From: Candidatus Kaiserbacteria bacterium CG10_big_fil_rev_8_21_14_0_10_59_10
GTDB lineage: Bacteria; Patescibacteriota; Minisyncoccia; Phycocordibacterales; UBA2100
Direction: 5' to 3'
Assembly: GCA_002773285.1 (NCBI GenBank)
Contig: PFBM01000021.1
Coordinates: forward strand, 14,312-78,311
Length of the DNA stretch: 64,000 nucleotides
Position numbers and translations under genes: made by a program. Below are positions 53,896 to 62,809 of the stretch, piece by piece (positions within the stretch are counted from its first letter, which is position 1; every line of letters starts with the position of its first letter). The notes under the pieces are model-generated. The model did not search any database. It was not told where the DNA came from and saw only the letters and a program-made list of their open reading frames with translations.

Positions 53896-54715
53896 CGCCA
53901 ACATACTGAAGGCCGACGGAGAGAGGGAGCCATTCGACCCCCGCAAGCTGGATGCCTCGCTCGCGCGCGCAGGCGCCGCCAAAGACGCGCGCGAAAGGAT
54001 AATCGCCCGCATCGAGAGCGAACTCTACGAGGGCATGACGACCGAAGAGATATACCGCCACGCGTTCGAGTACCTGCGCCGCGACGAGGCGCCGCCTGTT
54101 GCCGCTCGCTACTCCATCAAACGTGCCGTATTCGCGCTCGGTCCGTCAGGGTTTCCGTTCGAGCAGTTTCTCGGCGAGGTGCTGCGGGCGCACGGCTGGG
54201 CTGTACGCACCGGCGCCGAACTGTACGGCCGATGCGCGCCGCACGAAGTGGACGTGCTCGCCGAGCGCGCGGGCAAGCGCGTCGGTATTGAGGCCAAGTT
54301 CCACAACGCGGCTTCCGGCAAGACCGACATCAAGGATGCGCTGTACGTCCGTGCGCGGTATGAGGATTTGGCGCGCGCGGCGGAGCAATCTTCGCGCGTG
54401 GATGACGGGTGGCTCGTCACCAACACGCGCTTTACCAAAAATGCCATCCGGTACGCGCAGTGCGCGAACCTTACGCTCATCGCATGGGAGTATCCAAAGG
54501 GGCGCGGGCTGCGCTCCCTCATCGAAGAAGGCGGCGTCCACCCGCTCACATGCCTCACGACGCTCACGGAGGGTGAGAAGCAGCGGCTCATGGATGCGAA
54601 GATAGTTCTTTGCAAGAATGTGCAGAGCGGCCATTTGCTGGAGGAATATGGCGTTAAGCCGGCGAGAATACCCTGCGTGCTCGACGAAGCGAAGCACTTA
54701 TGCACGGTCGGATAG
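53885..54715 (+). CDS. ATP-cone domain fused to an Mrr/restriction-endonuclease-like (PD-(D/E)XK) domain
   Basis: N-terminal ILKADGEREPFDPRKLDASLARAG...EEIYRHAFEYL (ATP-cone pattern). C-terminal EVDVLAERAGKRVGIEAKFHNAAS...GWLVTNTRFTKNAIRYAQ (Mrr_cat-like E..K and TN..FT motifs). Confidence 0.6.
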   Translation: MTANANILKADGEREPFDPRKLDASLARAGAAKDARERIIARIESELYEGMTTEEIYRHAFEYLRRDEAPPVAARYSIKRAVFALGPSGFPFEQFLGEVLRAHGWAVRTGAELYGRCAPHEVDVLAERAGKRVGIEAKFHNAASGKTDIKDALYVRARYEDLARAAEQSSRVDDGWLVTNTRFTKNAIRYAQCANLTLIAWEYPKGRGLRSLIEEGGVHPLTCLTTLTEGEKQRLMDAKIVLCKNVQSGHLLEEYGVKPARIPCVLDEAKHLCTVG

Positions 54716-54755
54716 TGCACGTTGACACCTCGATGGGCGCCGCTACAATAGGGGC

Positions 54756-55280
54756 ATGACGAACGATGTTCAATGGCAGCACGTATTATTAGGAGTGGCC
54801 GCCGGCATTCTTATCGGATCGCTTGCGACATGGCTCGCCCTCTCGGATAGGGCTGGCATTCCGCAGGCCTCCGGCGACATCCCGGATACATCCGAGGAAC
54901 AGGATCTCGACGGCGAGCAACAGGGTACATCAGGCGGCGCGCAACATTCGGGCTACAGCATAGCGGTGTCAGACCAACTCGCTGGCCGCTCCGTCACCGT
55001 ACAGAGTGTCACGCTCACCGAAACGGGCTGGATCGCGGTGCGCGAGCGCGCCGTGGAAGGACGGCCGGGCAACGTTCTCGGGGCGGCGCGGCGCGATGCC
55101 GGCGTGTACGAGGAGGTGAGCGTCACCTTACTGCGGGCGACCGAAGCGGGCGGCAGTTATGAGGTAGTCGTATACCGCGATGACGGCGACCGCGTATTTG
55201 ACATGAAGAAGGACACGCCGCTTGAAGACACCGCCAAGGTTTTCCGTGCGCTTTCGCCATTCAGCACGAACGAGGGCTGA
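54756..55280 (+). CDS. Secreted/membrane-anchored hypothetical protein (N-terminal TM, acidic linker, beta-rich domain)
   Basis: VLLGVAAGILIGSLATWLAL anchor. No family assigned. Confidence 0.45.
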   Translation: MTNDVQWQHVLLGVAAGILIGSLATWLALSDRAGIPQASGDIPDTSEEQDLDGEQQGTSGGAQHSGYSIAVSDQLAGRSVTVQSVTLTETGWIAVRERAVEGRPGNVLGAARRDAGVYEEVSVTLLRATEAGGSYEVVVYRDDGDRVFDMKKDTPLEDTAKVFRALSPFSTNEG

Positions 55281-55305
55281 CACCGCCGCGTACCAACGAT
55301 GCACC

Positions 55306-55818
55306 ATGCCCGAGCTGTTCGATACGGAGGCAGTAATTCTCGGGAAGCTTCTCCTAGCGACGGTCCTTGGTCTTCTCATCGGGACTGAGCGCGCGCTGAT
55401 GGCGCGCCAGGCCGCCGGCTCGCGCACCTTTGCGCTTGTGTCTCTCGGGTCATGCCTTTTTATCGTAGCCGGGTTGCACATTGACGTGCGGTATCTGGGT
55501 ATCGTGAACTTCGACCCCGCGCGCGTGCTCGCGGCCGTCGTGCAGGGAATCGGATTCATTGGCGCGGGCCTCATCATTTTTCGAGGCCATGCGCTGCATG
55601 GTGTCACTACCGCCGCGGGCCTCTGGGTGGCAGCGGCAGTAGGGGCTATGGTCGGTTTCGGCATGTACGCGATCGCCATATTCGCTGTTCTGCTTGCTCT
55701 CACCGTGCTCTTTGGGATGTGGTACGTGGAGAATAGGTTCAAGCGCATCCTGCTTGATAATCATCCTGAACAACCGGAAGAGCCGTACGAGCATCCGCTC
55801 GGCGGAATGAGGGAGTAA
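55306..55818 (+). CDS. MgtC/SapB-family membrane protein
   Basis: LLLATVLGLLIGTERALMARQAAGSRTFALVSLGSCLF (MgtC signature GxERE...K.AGxRT..LV..GS) plus further TMs. Confidence 0.7.
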   Translation: MPELFDTEAVILGKLLLATVLGLLIGTERALMARQAAGSRTFALVSLGSCLFIVAGLHIDVRYLGIVNFDPARVLAAVVQGIGFIGAGLIIFRGHALHGVTTAAGLWVAAAVGAMVGFGMYAIAIFAVLLALTVLFGMWYVENRFKRILLDNHPEQPEEPYEHPLGGMRE

Positions 55819-55868
55819 GTGCCGCTATGTGCACGGTGCGTAATGCGCGCTCATGATATAGTGGGCCT

Positions 55869-56684
55869 GTGGCGCAATATACAAAACGGTACAATCCGGC
55901 GCGTGGGGCTGACTGGAACTATGGCGGCAGGAATTGGCGCCTGTCGCGTTCCAAAATTGACCTTTTCTTGGAATGCCCGCGTTGCTTTTACCTGGACAAC
56001 AAACTCGGCACCGGCCGGCCGCGCGGCCCCGCCTTCACGCTGAACGTCGCGGTCGATGCCTTGTTTAAAAAAGAGTTCGACGTACACCGTATCGATGGGA
56101 CGGCGCACCCGCTTATGAAGGCCTACGGCGTGGACGCCGTGCCGTTCCGTCATCCGAAGATCGATATATGGCGGGAGAACTTCAAGGGCATTACCTGGCA
56201 AGATGCGGCGACCGGTTTTACGATCTCGGGGGCGGTCGACGACGTGTGGGTGACCCCTGAAGGAAAACTTATAGTTGTCGACTACAAAGCGACATCAAAG
56301 AACGGTACTATCGAATCCCTTGCCGATTCGTCATGGGAGGAGCAGTACAGGCGCCAGATGGGCGTGTACCAGTGGCTCCTGCAGAAAAACGGATTCAACG
56401 TGCATCCGACCGGCTACTTCGTCTACGCCAATGCCAGCTCGGATAAAGCGGCGTTCGACGGGCGGCTTGAATTTGAGATCACGCTTGTGCCGTGCGAAGG
56501 CGATACGTCGTGGATAGATAAAACGCTGCCGCTCATCAAGGCATGCCTCGACAGCGAGGAGATACCGCCTGTCGGAGAGAACTGCGAATTCTGCCCGTAC
56601 CGCGAGGCGGCGGGGAAGCACTTGCAGACACTCGCCACAAAAAACAGACCCGCGAGGAGGGACGCGCGTAGCACGGGCGTATGA
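55869..56684 (+). CDS. PD-(D/E)XK nuclease-family protein with Cys clusters (Cas4/AddB-like Fe-S nuclease fold)
   Basis: N-terminal ECPRCFYL, core GAVDDVWVTPEGKLIVVDYKATSK (D...DYK), QMGVYQWLL (QxxxY), C-terminal CEFCPY. Confidence 0.65.
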   Translation: MAQYTKRYNPARGADWNYGGRNWRLSRSKIDLFLECPRCFYLDNKLGTGRPRGPAFTLNVAVDALFKKEFDVHRIDGTAHPLMKAYGVDAVPFRHPKIDIWRENFKGITWQDAATGFTISGAVDDVWVTPEGKLIVVDYKATSKNGTIESLADSSWEEQYRRQMGVYQWLLQKNGFNVHPTGYFVYANASSDKAAFDGRLEFEITLVPCEGDTSWIDKTLPLIKACLDSEEIPPVGENCEFCPYREAAGKHLQTLATKNRPARRDARSTGV

Positions 56685-56962
56685 TGTCGCGCCCCTTTCG
56701 CGAGCGCGTACTTTCAGTCGTGCGCGGCATACGGCCGGGAAGGACGATGACGTATGGGGCGGTTGCCCGCGCCGCTGGCGCGCCGCATGCCGCGCGGGCC
56801 GTCGGCGCAATATTGAAAAACAATTATAATCCGGCAATTCCATGCCATCGCGTTATACGCGCGGACGGTTCCCTTGGCGGATACAACAGGGGCGCTGTGC
56901 GCAAGCGCGCGCTTCTTGCCGCAGAGGCGGCAGTGCCGCCGACACCGGATGCACACAGGTAG
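56681..56962 (+). CDS. ogt: Methylated-DNA--protein-cysteine methyltransferase, DNA-binding domain only (MGMT/Ogt-like)
   Basis: TMTYGAVARAAGAPHAARAVGAILKNNYNPAIPCHRVIRADGSLGGY (PCHRV active site). ATG overlaps the upstream stop. Confidence 0.8.
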   Translation: MMSRPFRERVLSVVRGIRPGRTMTYGAVARAAGAPHAARAVGAILKNNYNPAIPCHRVIRADGSLGGYNRGAVRKRALLAAEAAVPPTPDAHR

Positions 56963-57052
56963 CGGTTTCGGGCATTGAATTTTAGCGCAGTTTGCGTATA
57001 GTGTGCGCAGCTCTGTTCGAGCATCGCTCACCCTTAACTGGAGGACACTGCG

Positions 57053-57514
57053 TTGATGACGGTAGAACGTCCATATCGACGGACGACGACTATCACGCTC
57101 CGCGAGTGCGCCGAGCTGGGGGCGATTTTCTCGCCCATGGGGGAGGGCGATGCTTCTCGCCTGACCCAAGCAATAGCAACGCTGCTTCTTTCCGCGGGGT
57201 TTTGCATTACGCAAGACCCTGTAACACATGGGTATGACGTCACAATGCGACCATTCGGCACTGGCTTCGGATACACGTTCGTTGCCATTTTGTCTGAATC
57301 GCACTGCGCGATCCACACATACCCGGAGGAGCAGTATGGCGTCACGGTGGAGGTAGAATTCAACCTTTGCTACCTCAACTGCGACCACTCTGAGAAGATC
57401 GAAGAGGCACGCCTGCGCCTCATTGATCTATTCAGGCCGCGGTGCGTGGAGGAAGTAGAGCACTCTCGCAAAAGATACTTTACGCCGATCGCAGCATCAG
57501 TTGTAGCGGCGTAG
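57053..57514 (+). CDS. speH: S-adenosylmethionine decarboxylase proenzyme, small pyruvoyl-dependent type (SpeH-like)
   Basis: FVAILSESHCAIHTYPEEQYGVTVEVEFNLC matches the ESH(I/L)(S/T)IHTWPE self-cleavage/pyruvoyl motif. Confidence 0.65.
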   Translation: MMTVERPYRRTTTITLRECAELGAIFSPMGEGDASRLTQAIATLLLSAGFCITQDPVTHGYDVTMRPFGTGFGYTFVAILSESHCAIHTYPEEQYGVTVEVEFNLCYLNCDHSEKIEEARLRLIDLFRPRCVEEVEHSRKRYFTPIAASVVAA

Positions 57515-57519
57515 AGATA

Positions 57520-57550
57520 GGGCGGCACCTATCAGTGCCGCCCTTTGCTA
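57520..57550 (+). terminator. Rho-independent terminator candidate between speH-like and ung
   Basis: GGGCGGCAC-CTATCA-GTGCCGCCC hairpin followed by TTTGCTA. A TATACT box follows. Confidence 0.4.
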
Positions 57551-57562
57551 TATACTGCCGGC

Positions 57563-58234
57563 ATGCATGTAAAGCTGGAGCACTCGTGGAAGAGACAGCT
57601 TGAAGGCGAGTTCAAAAAGGACTATTTCAAGTCACTCGCGCAATTCGTACGCGAGGAATATACCCATGCCGTCGTGTATCCGCCGCCGAAGCACGTGTTC
57701 CGCTGCTTCGAACTCTGCCCGTTCGACGCGGTGAAGGTCGTCATCCTCGGGCAGGATCCCTACCATGGGGCTGGCCAGGCTAACGGCCTGTGCTTTGCCG
57801 TGGGCGAGGGTGTCGCACTGCCGCCTTCGCTGCAAAACATTTTCAAAGAAATGGAAAGCGACCTTGGGGCGAGTATGAAAAACAGAAGCGGGGACTTGGA
57901 GCGTTGGGCGCGACAGGGGGTTCTTCTCTTGAACGCCACGCTTACCGTTCGCAGCCGCATTGCCGGCTCCCATCAAGGCAGGGGATGGGAGCAGTTTACG
58001 GATTCCGCCATTCGCATCCTCTCCGAAAAGCGTGAGCACCTAGTTTTCATCCTGTGGGGAAACTACGCGAAAGCGAAAGGCATCCACATCGACCGTACGA
58101 AACATCTCGTCATAGAGTCCGCACACCCGTCGCCATTCTCGGCTGCGGGAGGATTCTTCGGCTCAAAGCCCTTCAGCCGAACCAATGCCTACCTCCTGGA
58201 ACACGGCAAAAAGCCGATCGACTGGCTCGCCTAG
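57563..58234 (+). CDS. ung: Uracil-DNA glycosylase (family 1)
   Basis: VKVVILGQDPYHGAGQANGLCFAV and HPSPFSA (family-1 UNG motifs). Start at internal Met MHVKLEH. Confidence 0.85.
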   Translation: MHVKLEHSWKRQLEGEFKKDYFKSLAQFVREEYTHAVVYPPPKHVFRCFELCPFDAVKVVILGQDPYHGAGQANGLCFAVGEGVALPPSLQNIFKEMESDLGASMKNRSGDLERWARQGVLLLNATLTVRSRIAGSHQGRGWEQFTDSAIRILSEKREHLVFILWGNYAKAKGIHIDRTKHLVIESAHPSPFSAAGGFFGSKPFSRTNAYLLEHGKKPIDWLA

Positions 58235-59503
58235 CTATAGGCGAAGCAGTCCCTTCAGTGCCACGGCCGAGGTGCCCGTATGCGGGCCTATCACTGCGAG
58301 GTTGAGCGCCCCGGTGTGGAACACATCCTTCGCAACACGGCGCACATCAGAGACGGTAACCGCATCGATACCCGCAAGTATCTCGGAAAGCGGCCGAACG
58401 CGACCGAAATGTATAAGAGAGGTCGCGGCATGCTCCGCAACCGCGTCTGTCGTCTCCAGAGACAGCGTGAGGGTGCCGCGCATATGCGCCTTGACCTTCT
58501 TCAACTCGGAATGCGGCACGTCAGTGCGCTTGATCTTGCGGAGCTCGCCGAGGATCGTTTGTACGGCTTTCTCAAGTTTCGCGTGCTCCACACCCGCCTG
58601 GACGACAAAATACCCGACGTCGGGATACTTATCCGTCCAGCCACGCACAAAGTACGCCAGTCCGCGCCGCTCACGCACTTCGAGGAACAGGCGGCTCGAC
58701 ATGCCGCTTCCGAGAATAGCGGAGAGCACCTCGAGCGCATACTCATCCGTATGGCCGTACGGATATGCAGGAACCCCAAGCATCAGCTGCGTTTGGTCGG
58801 TATGCTTTTCCTTGATGCGCACTCGAGGGCCCGCAGGTGGGGTTGGGTCCGAGGCCGCATGCAGGTGAGGTTCGCGCTTCTTCAGCCGCCCAAAATTGCG
58901 CGCGATATTCCTCAATACGCGCGCTTCATCGAAGGAGCCCGCGACGCAGACGACCGTATTCTGTGGTGTGTAGTGGCCGCGCATGTACGATTCGAATTGC
59001 GCACGCGTGAAGCGAAGTACATTCTCGCGCGTACCAATGATCGGACGACCGAGCGGATGGTCGCTTCCGAAGAAGAGCTCGTCGAACACATCATTGATCT
59101 TGCGCATGGGCATGTCCTCATACATGCCTATTTCCTGCACTATGGCGCCGCGTTCTTTTGTTATTTCGCGCGAAGGAAGCGTCGAATTGAGGAAGATATC
59201 ACTGATGACATCGAGCGCAGTATCGAAATATTGGCTCGACACTTTCGCATAGTACGCGGTCCTCTCTTTTGCGGTAAACGCATTGTAGCTCGCGCCTACG
59301 GAATCGAGCTCTTCGCTTATCGCTCGCGCACTCGGCCGCTTCGCCGTCCCTTTGAAAAACATGTGCTCAAGAAAGTGCGCAAGGCCGTTTTCTTTCTCTG
59401 TCTCATAGCGCGAACCGGTACCCGCCATCACCATCACCGTCGCCGTTTTGGTGCCCGCGAGCGGTATAAGGACGGCACGCAAGCCGTTCTTGAGCGTGTG
59501 CAT
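58235..59503 (-). CDS. M16-family zinc peptidase (insulinase-like)
   Basis: GLAHFLEHMFFKGT (HxxEH inverted zinc motif); two M16 halves. Start at internal Met MHTLKNG; the ORF-track start 59689 is an extension. Confidence 0.8.
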   Translation of the reverse strand: MHTLKNGLRAVLIPLAGTKTATVMVMAGTGSRYETEKENGLAHFLEHMFFKGTAKRPSARAISEELDSVGASYNAFTAKERTAYYAKVSSQYFDTALDVISDIFLNSTLPSREITKERGAIVQEIGMYEDMPMRKINDVFDELFFGSDHPLGRPIIGTRENVLRFTRAQFESYMRGHYTPQNTVVCVAGSFDEARVLRNIARNFGRLKKREPHLHAASDPTPPAGPRVRIKEKHTDQTQLMLGVPAYPYGHTDEYALEVLSAILGSGMSSRLFLEVRERRGLAYFVRGWTDKYPDVGYFVVQAGVEHAKLEKAVQTILGELRKIKRTDVPHSELKKVKAHMRGTLTLSLETTDAVAEHAATSLIHFGRVRPLSEILAGIDAVTVSDVRRVAKDVFHTGALNLAVIGPHTGTSAVALKGLLRL

Positions 59504-59599
59504 TCGGTACCTCACAGTGCCGCGCATGGTAGCGCGGGTACCGACTGAAGGCAATGAACGCGTTGAATTAGTGCGCATATGCGGATACAATTCGCCTTT

Positions 59600-61501
59600 A
59601 TGACGTACGACGAGTTGCGGAGGGCGTATATCGAATTTTTTAGGGCTCGGTGGCACGCGGAAATTCCATCGGCGTCTCTCGTGCCGCAAAATGATCCTAC
59701 GACGCTTTTCACCGGTAGCGGCATGCAGCCATTGGTGCCGTACCTTCTAGGAAAGAGCCACCCCGCCGGTACGCGGCTTGTGAATTCGCAAAAGTGCTTT
59801 CGCGCGGAGGATATCGACGAGGTGGGGGACAACCGTCACACGACTTTTTTTGAGATGCTCGGAAACTGGTCCCTAGGGGATTATTTCAAGAAGGAGCAGT
59901 TGCCATGGTTTTTTGAATTCTTAACGGATGTAGTAGGACTCGACCCGAGGAAGTTGTACGTCACGGCTTTCATCGGCAACGAGCAGAGAGGCGTTCCGCG
60001 CGACATTGAATCGGCGGAGATTTGGCGGGAACTGTTCGCAGCTAAGGGTATTGACGCGGATGTGGTTGAGATAGGGAGCGAGTCGGACGGGTATCGGCTT
60101 GGCATGCGCGGAGGCAGAATTTTCTACTACAACGCAAGAAAGAACTGGTGGAGTCGCGCGGGCGCACCCGAGAATATGCCTGCCGGGGAGCCGGGCGGCC
60201 CTGATTCGGAGGTGTTTTATGATTTCGGGACGTCTCACGATGCGAAGTATGGCGCTCAGTGCCACCCAAACTGCGATTGCGGCCGCTTCCTGGAAATAGG
60301 GAACTCCGTGTTCATGCAGTACATCAAAAAGGAGGATGGTTCGTTCGCGCTCTTGCCGAAACAGAACGTTGACTTCGGCGGCGGACTTGAACGTATCGCC
60401 GCTGCGGAGCAAGAGAATCCCGACGTGTTCGCGACGGAGCCGTTGCAGGACATTGTTGCGCTTCTCGCGAAGTTCGCGCGCAAGTCCTATGACGACGGCC
60501 GCTATACGCGCTCCTTCCGCATCATCGCCGACCACGTCCGAGCCGCGACGTTTATGATAGCGGACGGCGTTACGCCGTCTAACACCGAACAGGGGTACGT
60601 TCTGCGGCGGCTCCTACGCCGCGCCGCGCTTCACGCTAGTTCTCTCGGGCTTGGAGATAAGGATGCGGATGACAGCGCGCTTGTCCGCTCCGCCATTATC
60701 ACCATTGAGCAATATAAAGGAGCATATCCCGAGCTGTCCGGCGAGGAAGCGTACCAACGCATACGCGGCGAGATATGGCAGGAAGAGGTGCAGTTCGCCA
60801 AGACGCTGCAGAAGGGCATGCGCGAGTTTGAGAAGATAGCTGGCGAAGGGAGCATTTCCGGCGAAGCCGCGTTCACGCTCTTTTCCACCTACGGCTTTCC
60901 ATTTGAGATGACGAAGGAGCTTGCGCGCGAGCGCGGCCTGGACGTCGACGAAGAGGCGTTCAGGGAGAACATGCGGGCGCACAGCGAGCGTTCGCGAGCT
61001 GGAAGCGAACAGAAGTTCAAGGGCGGACTGGCTGACCGCTCCGACGATACGATCCGGCTTCACACCGCCCACCACCTTCTCTTAAAGGCGCTCCAGATCG
61101 TGCTCGGGACGCACGTCAAACAGCGAGGTTCGAACATAACGGGTGAGCGCTTGCGCATAGACTTCTCACACGGCGAGAAAATGACCGATGAGCAGAAGCG
61201 CGAGGTCGAGCATATCGTCAACGAAAAAATACTCGAAGGACTGCCTGTCGTACGCACCGAAATGCCGAAGAGCGAGGCCGAGCGGCTCGGCGCCGAGAGC
61301 GAATTCGGCGCCAAGTATCCGGAACGCGTGTCGGTATACTCCATCGGCCCGCTTGAGAGTGCGTTTTCGATCGAATTTTGCGGCGGCCCGCACGTGCAGA
61401 ATACGCGCGAATTGGGAAAGAGCGGCGTATTCAGAATACAGAAAGAAGAGGCGGTATCCGCCGGCGTACGCCGCATCAAGGCATCGCTCGTACGCGCGTA
61501 G
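59600..61501 (+). CDS. alaS: Alanyl-tRNA synthetase, short form (catalytic + tRNA-recognition + editing domains; no C-Ala domain)
   Basis: SLVPQNDPTTLFTGSGMQ...TTFFEMLGNWSLGDYFK (class II AlaS core). Editing HxxxH/CxxxH (HTAHHLL...CGGPHV). Ends about 240 aa short of typical AlaS. Confidence 0.85.
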   Translation: MTYDELRRAYIEFFRARWHAEIPSASLVPQNDPTTLFTGSGMQPLVPYLLGKSHPAGTRLVNSQKCFRAEDIDEVGDNRHTTFFEMLGNWSLGDYFKKEQLPWFFEFLTDVVGLDPRKLYVTAFIGNEQRGVPRDIESAEIWRELFAAKGIDADVVEIGSESDGYRLGMRGGRIFYYNARKNWWSRAGAPENMPAGEPGGPDSEVFYDFGTSHDAKYGAQCHPNCDCGRFLEIGNSVFMQYIKKEDGSFALLPKQNVDFGGGLERIAAAEQENPDVFATEPLQDIVALLAKFARKSYDDGRYTRSFRIIADHVRAATFMIADGVTPSNTEQGYVLRRLLRRAALHASSLGLGDKDADDSALVRSAIITIEQYKGAYPELSGEEAYQRIRGEIWQEEVQFAKTLQKGMREFEKIAGEGSISGEAAFTLFSTYGFPFEMTKELARERGLDVDEEAFRENMRAHSERSRAGSEQKFKGGLADRSDDTIRLHTAHHLLLKALQIVLGTHVKQRGSNITGERLRIDFSHGEKMTDEQKREVEHIVNEKILEGLPVVRTEMPKSEAERLGAESEFGAKYPERVSVYSIGPLESAFSIEFCGGPHVQNTRELGKSGVFRIQKEEAVSAGVRRIKASLVRA

Positions 61502-61556
61502 GACACCTGTGCATAGCGGCGCGTTGCGCGGCGCGATGCGCTGTATACTTACACAA

Positions 61557-62735
61557 ATGAGGTGGCCTTTTTTAGTGCCCGGGCGCCTGCGTGCGAATAG
61601 CGTGTGCGCTATCGCCGATGTGGAGAGCGGTGGTGTGGGATTTGCCATTGCCGAGCTTTCACATACGCGTCAAGAGCCCGTGCGCATTCTTGCATATGAG
61701 CGAGCAGTGTTGCCGCATGGGGAACGCGGAGCGAGACACACTGCTTCGGCGTCGCTCGGTCTTCTCTCTCGCGTGGGCGCTCGGGTGCTGCATTCCTTTG
61801 CCGTATCTCAAGCGGCACAGAAGCATGGCCATGTTGCGAGTGCGCATGTGATCCTACGTGCCCCCTGGTACTCCTCCGAGACGCATCGAAACGATTCCGT
61901 ATATCCGAAAGCGCAAGCTATTCGGCAGCGCACCATTACGGAACTTGCCGAGCAAGCCATACGAGAGTCCGCCGGCTCATCACTGCCATTCGAATCTGCT
62001 GTACTGCGCGTGCTTCTCAATGGATACCCTACGGGAAAGCCCATTGGCAAAAGCGCGGTTGAGCTCTCTGTTATCACGCTCTCGAGCCACAGCAGTGCAA
62101 AAATGAATGCCCGAGCACATACGGCGGTATCCTCGCTTCTTCCCGGCCGGGACGTGCGCGTCCACTCCGGTATGCGAGCGTCGCTCGCCGCGCTGCACGA
62201 GATCCTCACACGCACGAATACGTTCACCATAATGATCGTCGGGGCAGATATGACGGAATGCATCGTCGTACGCAAAGACGAGGTCAGTCAACACGTCCGG
62301 ATTCCATTCGGCACATCGGCTGTGATCCGCGAGCTCTCTGGCGCGAACGGGCTTCCGGATGAGACAGAACACCTCTTTAAAGCCGCCTTTATCGACGGGG
62401 AGGACTCAAAAGCGACCTCTGCACTGCGCGAGAAGCTTGCGCGCGCTGAGATAGAATACGCCTCGAGGTTTGGGGCTGCGCTCGGCTCGCTTGCGGAGCG
62501 GCGCCGCCTCCCGAACGAATGCGTACTCATCACACACCCGTTTTTTGCGCCATGGCTGGAGACATTCGTTACGCGCATTGATTTTTCCCCGTTCACGGTC
62601 ACGACACACCCGTTCAACGTCGAGGTGCTCCAGAATGCGCACGTAGCGCATGCCGTCGCGTGGAGCGAAGATACTCCCCCGGATGTCGCCATCTCGCTTG
62701 CAGCGCTGTTCGTGCGCGCGTACGTAGGGAAGTAG
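61557..62735 (+). CDS. Actin-like (ASKHA-fold) ATPase-family protein, tentatively PilM/FtsA/Ppx-like. In-frame alternative starts at 61536 and GTG 61575.
   Basis: N-terminal VCAIADVESGGVGFAIAE resembles the phosphate-1 (xIDIGS) loop of actin-fold ATPases; size fits. Low-complexity stretches and call by eye reduce confidence. Confidence 0.4.
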   Translation: MRWPFLVPGRLRANSVCAIADVESGGVGFAIAELSHTRQEPVRILAYERAVLPHGERGARHTASASLGLLSRVGARVLHSFAVSQAAQKHGHVASAHVILRAPWYSSETHRNDSVYPKAQAIRQRTITELAEQAIRESAGSSLPFESAVLRVLLNGYPTGKPIGKSAVELSVITLSSHSSAKMNARAHTAVSSLLPGRDVRVHSGMRASLAALHEILTRTNTFTIMIVGADMTECIVVRKDEVSQHVRIPFGTSAVIRELSGANGLPDETEHLFKAAFIDGEDSKATSALREKLARAEIEYASRFGAALGSLAERRRLPNECVLITHPFFAPWLETFVTRIDFSPFTVTTHPFNVEVLQNAHVAHAVAWSEDTPPDVAISLAALFVRAYVGK

Positions 62736-62809
62736 TATGCGAACTATCAACATAACCGTGTTTCCCATCCAGCTGAAGACGATATAATGGGTTGTGAGTG
62801 TGGAATTTT

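Noticed and set aside
58280-59548. 422-aa plus-strand ORF opposite the M16 peptidase
   Set aside because: The M16 HxxEH motif is on the minus strand. The plus-frame translation is Arg-rich with no motifs.
59921-60535. 204-aa minus-strand ORF inside alaS
   Set aside because: Antisense to the AlaS catalytic core.
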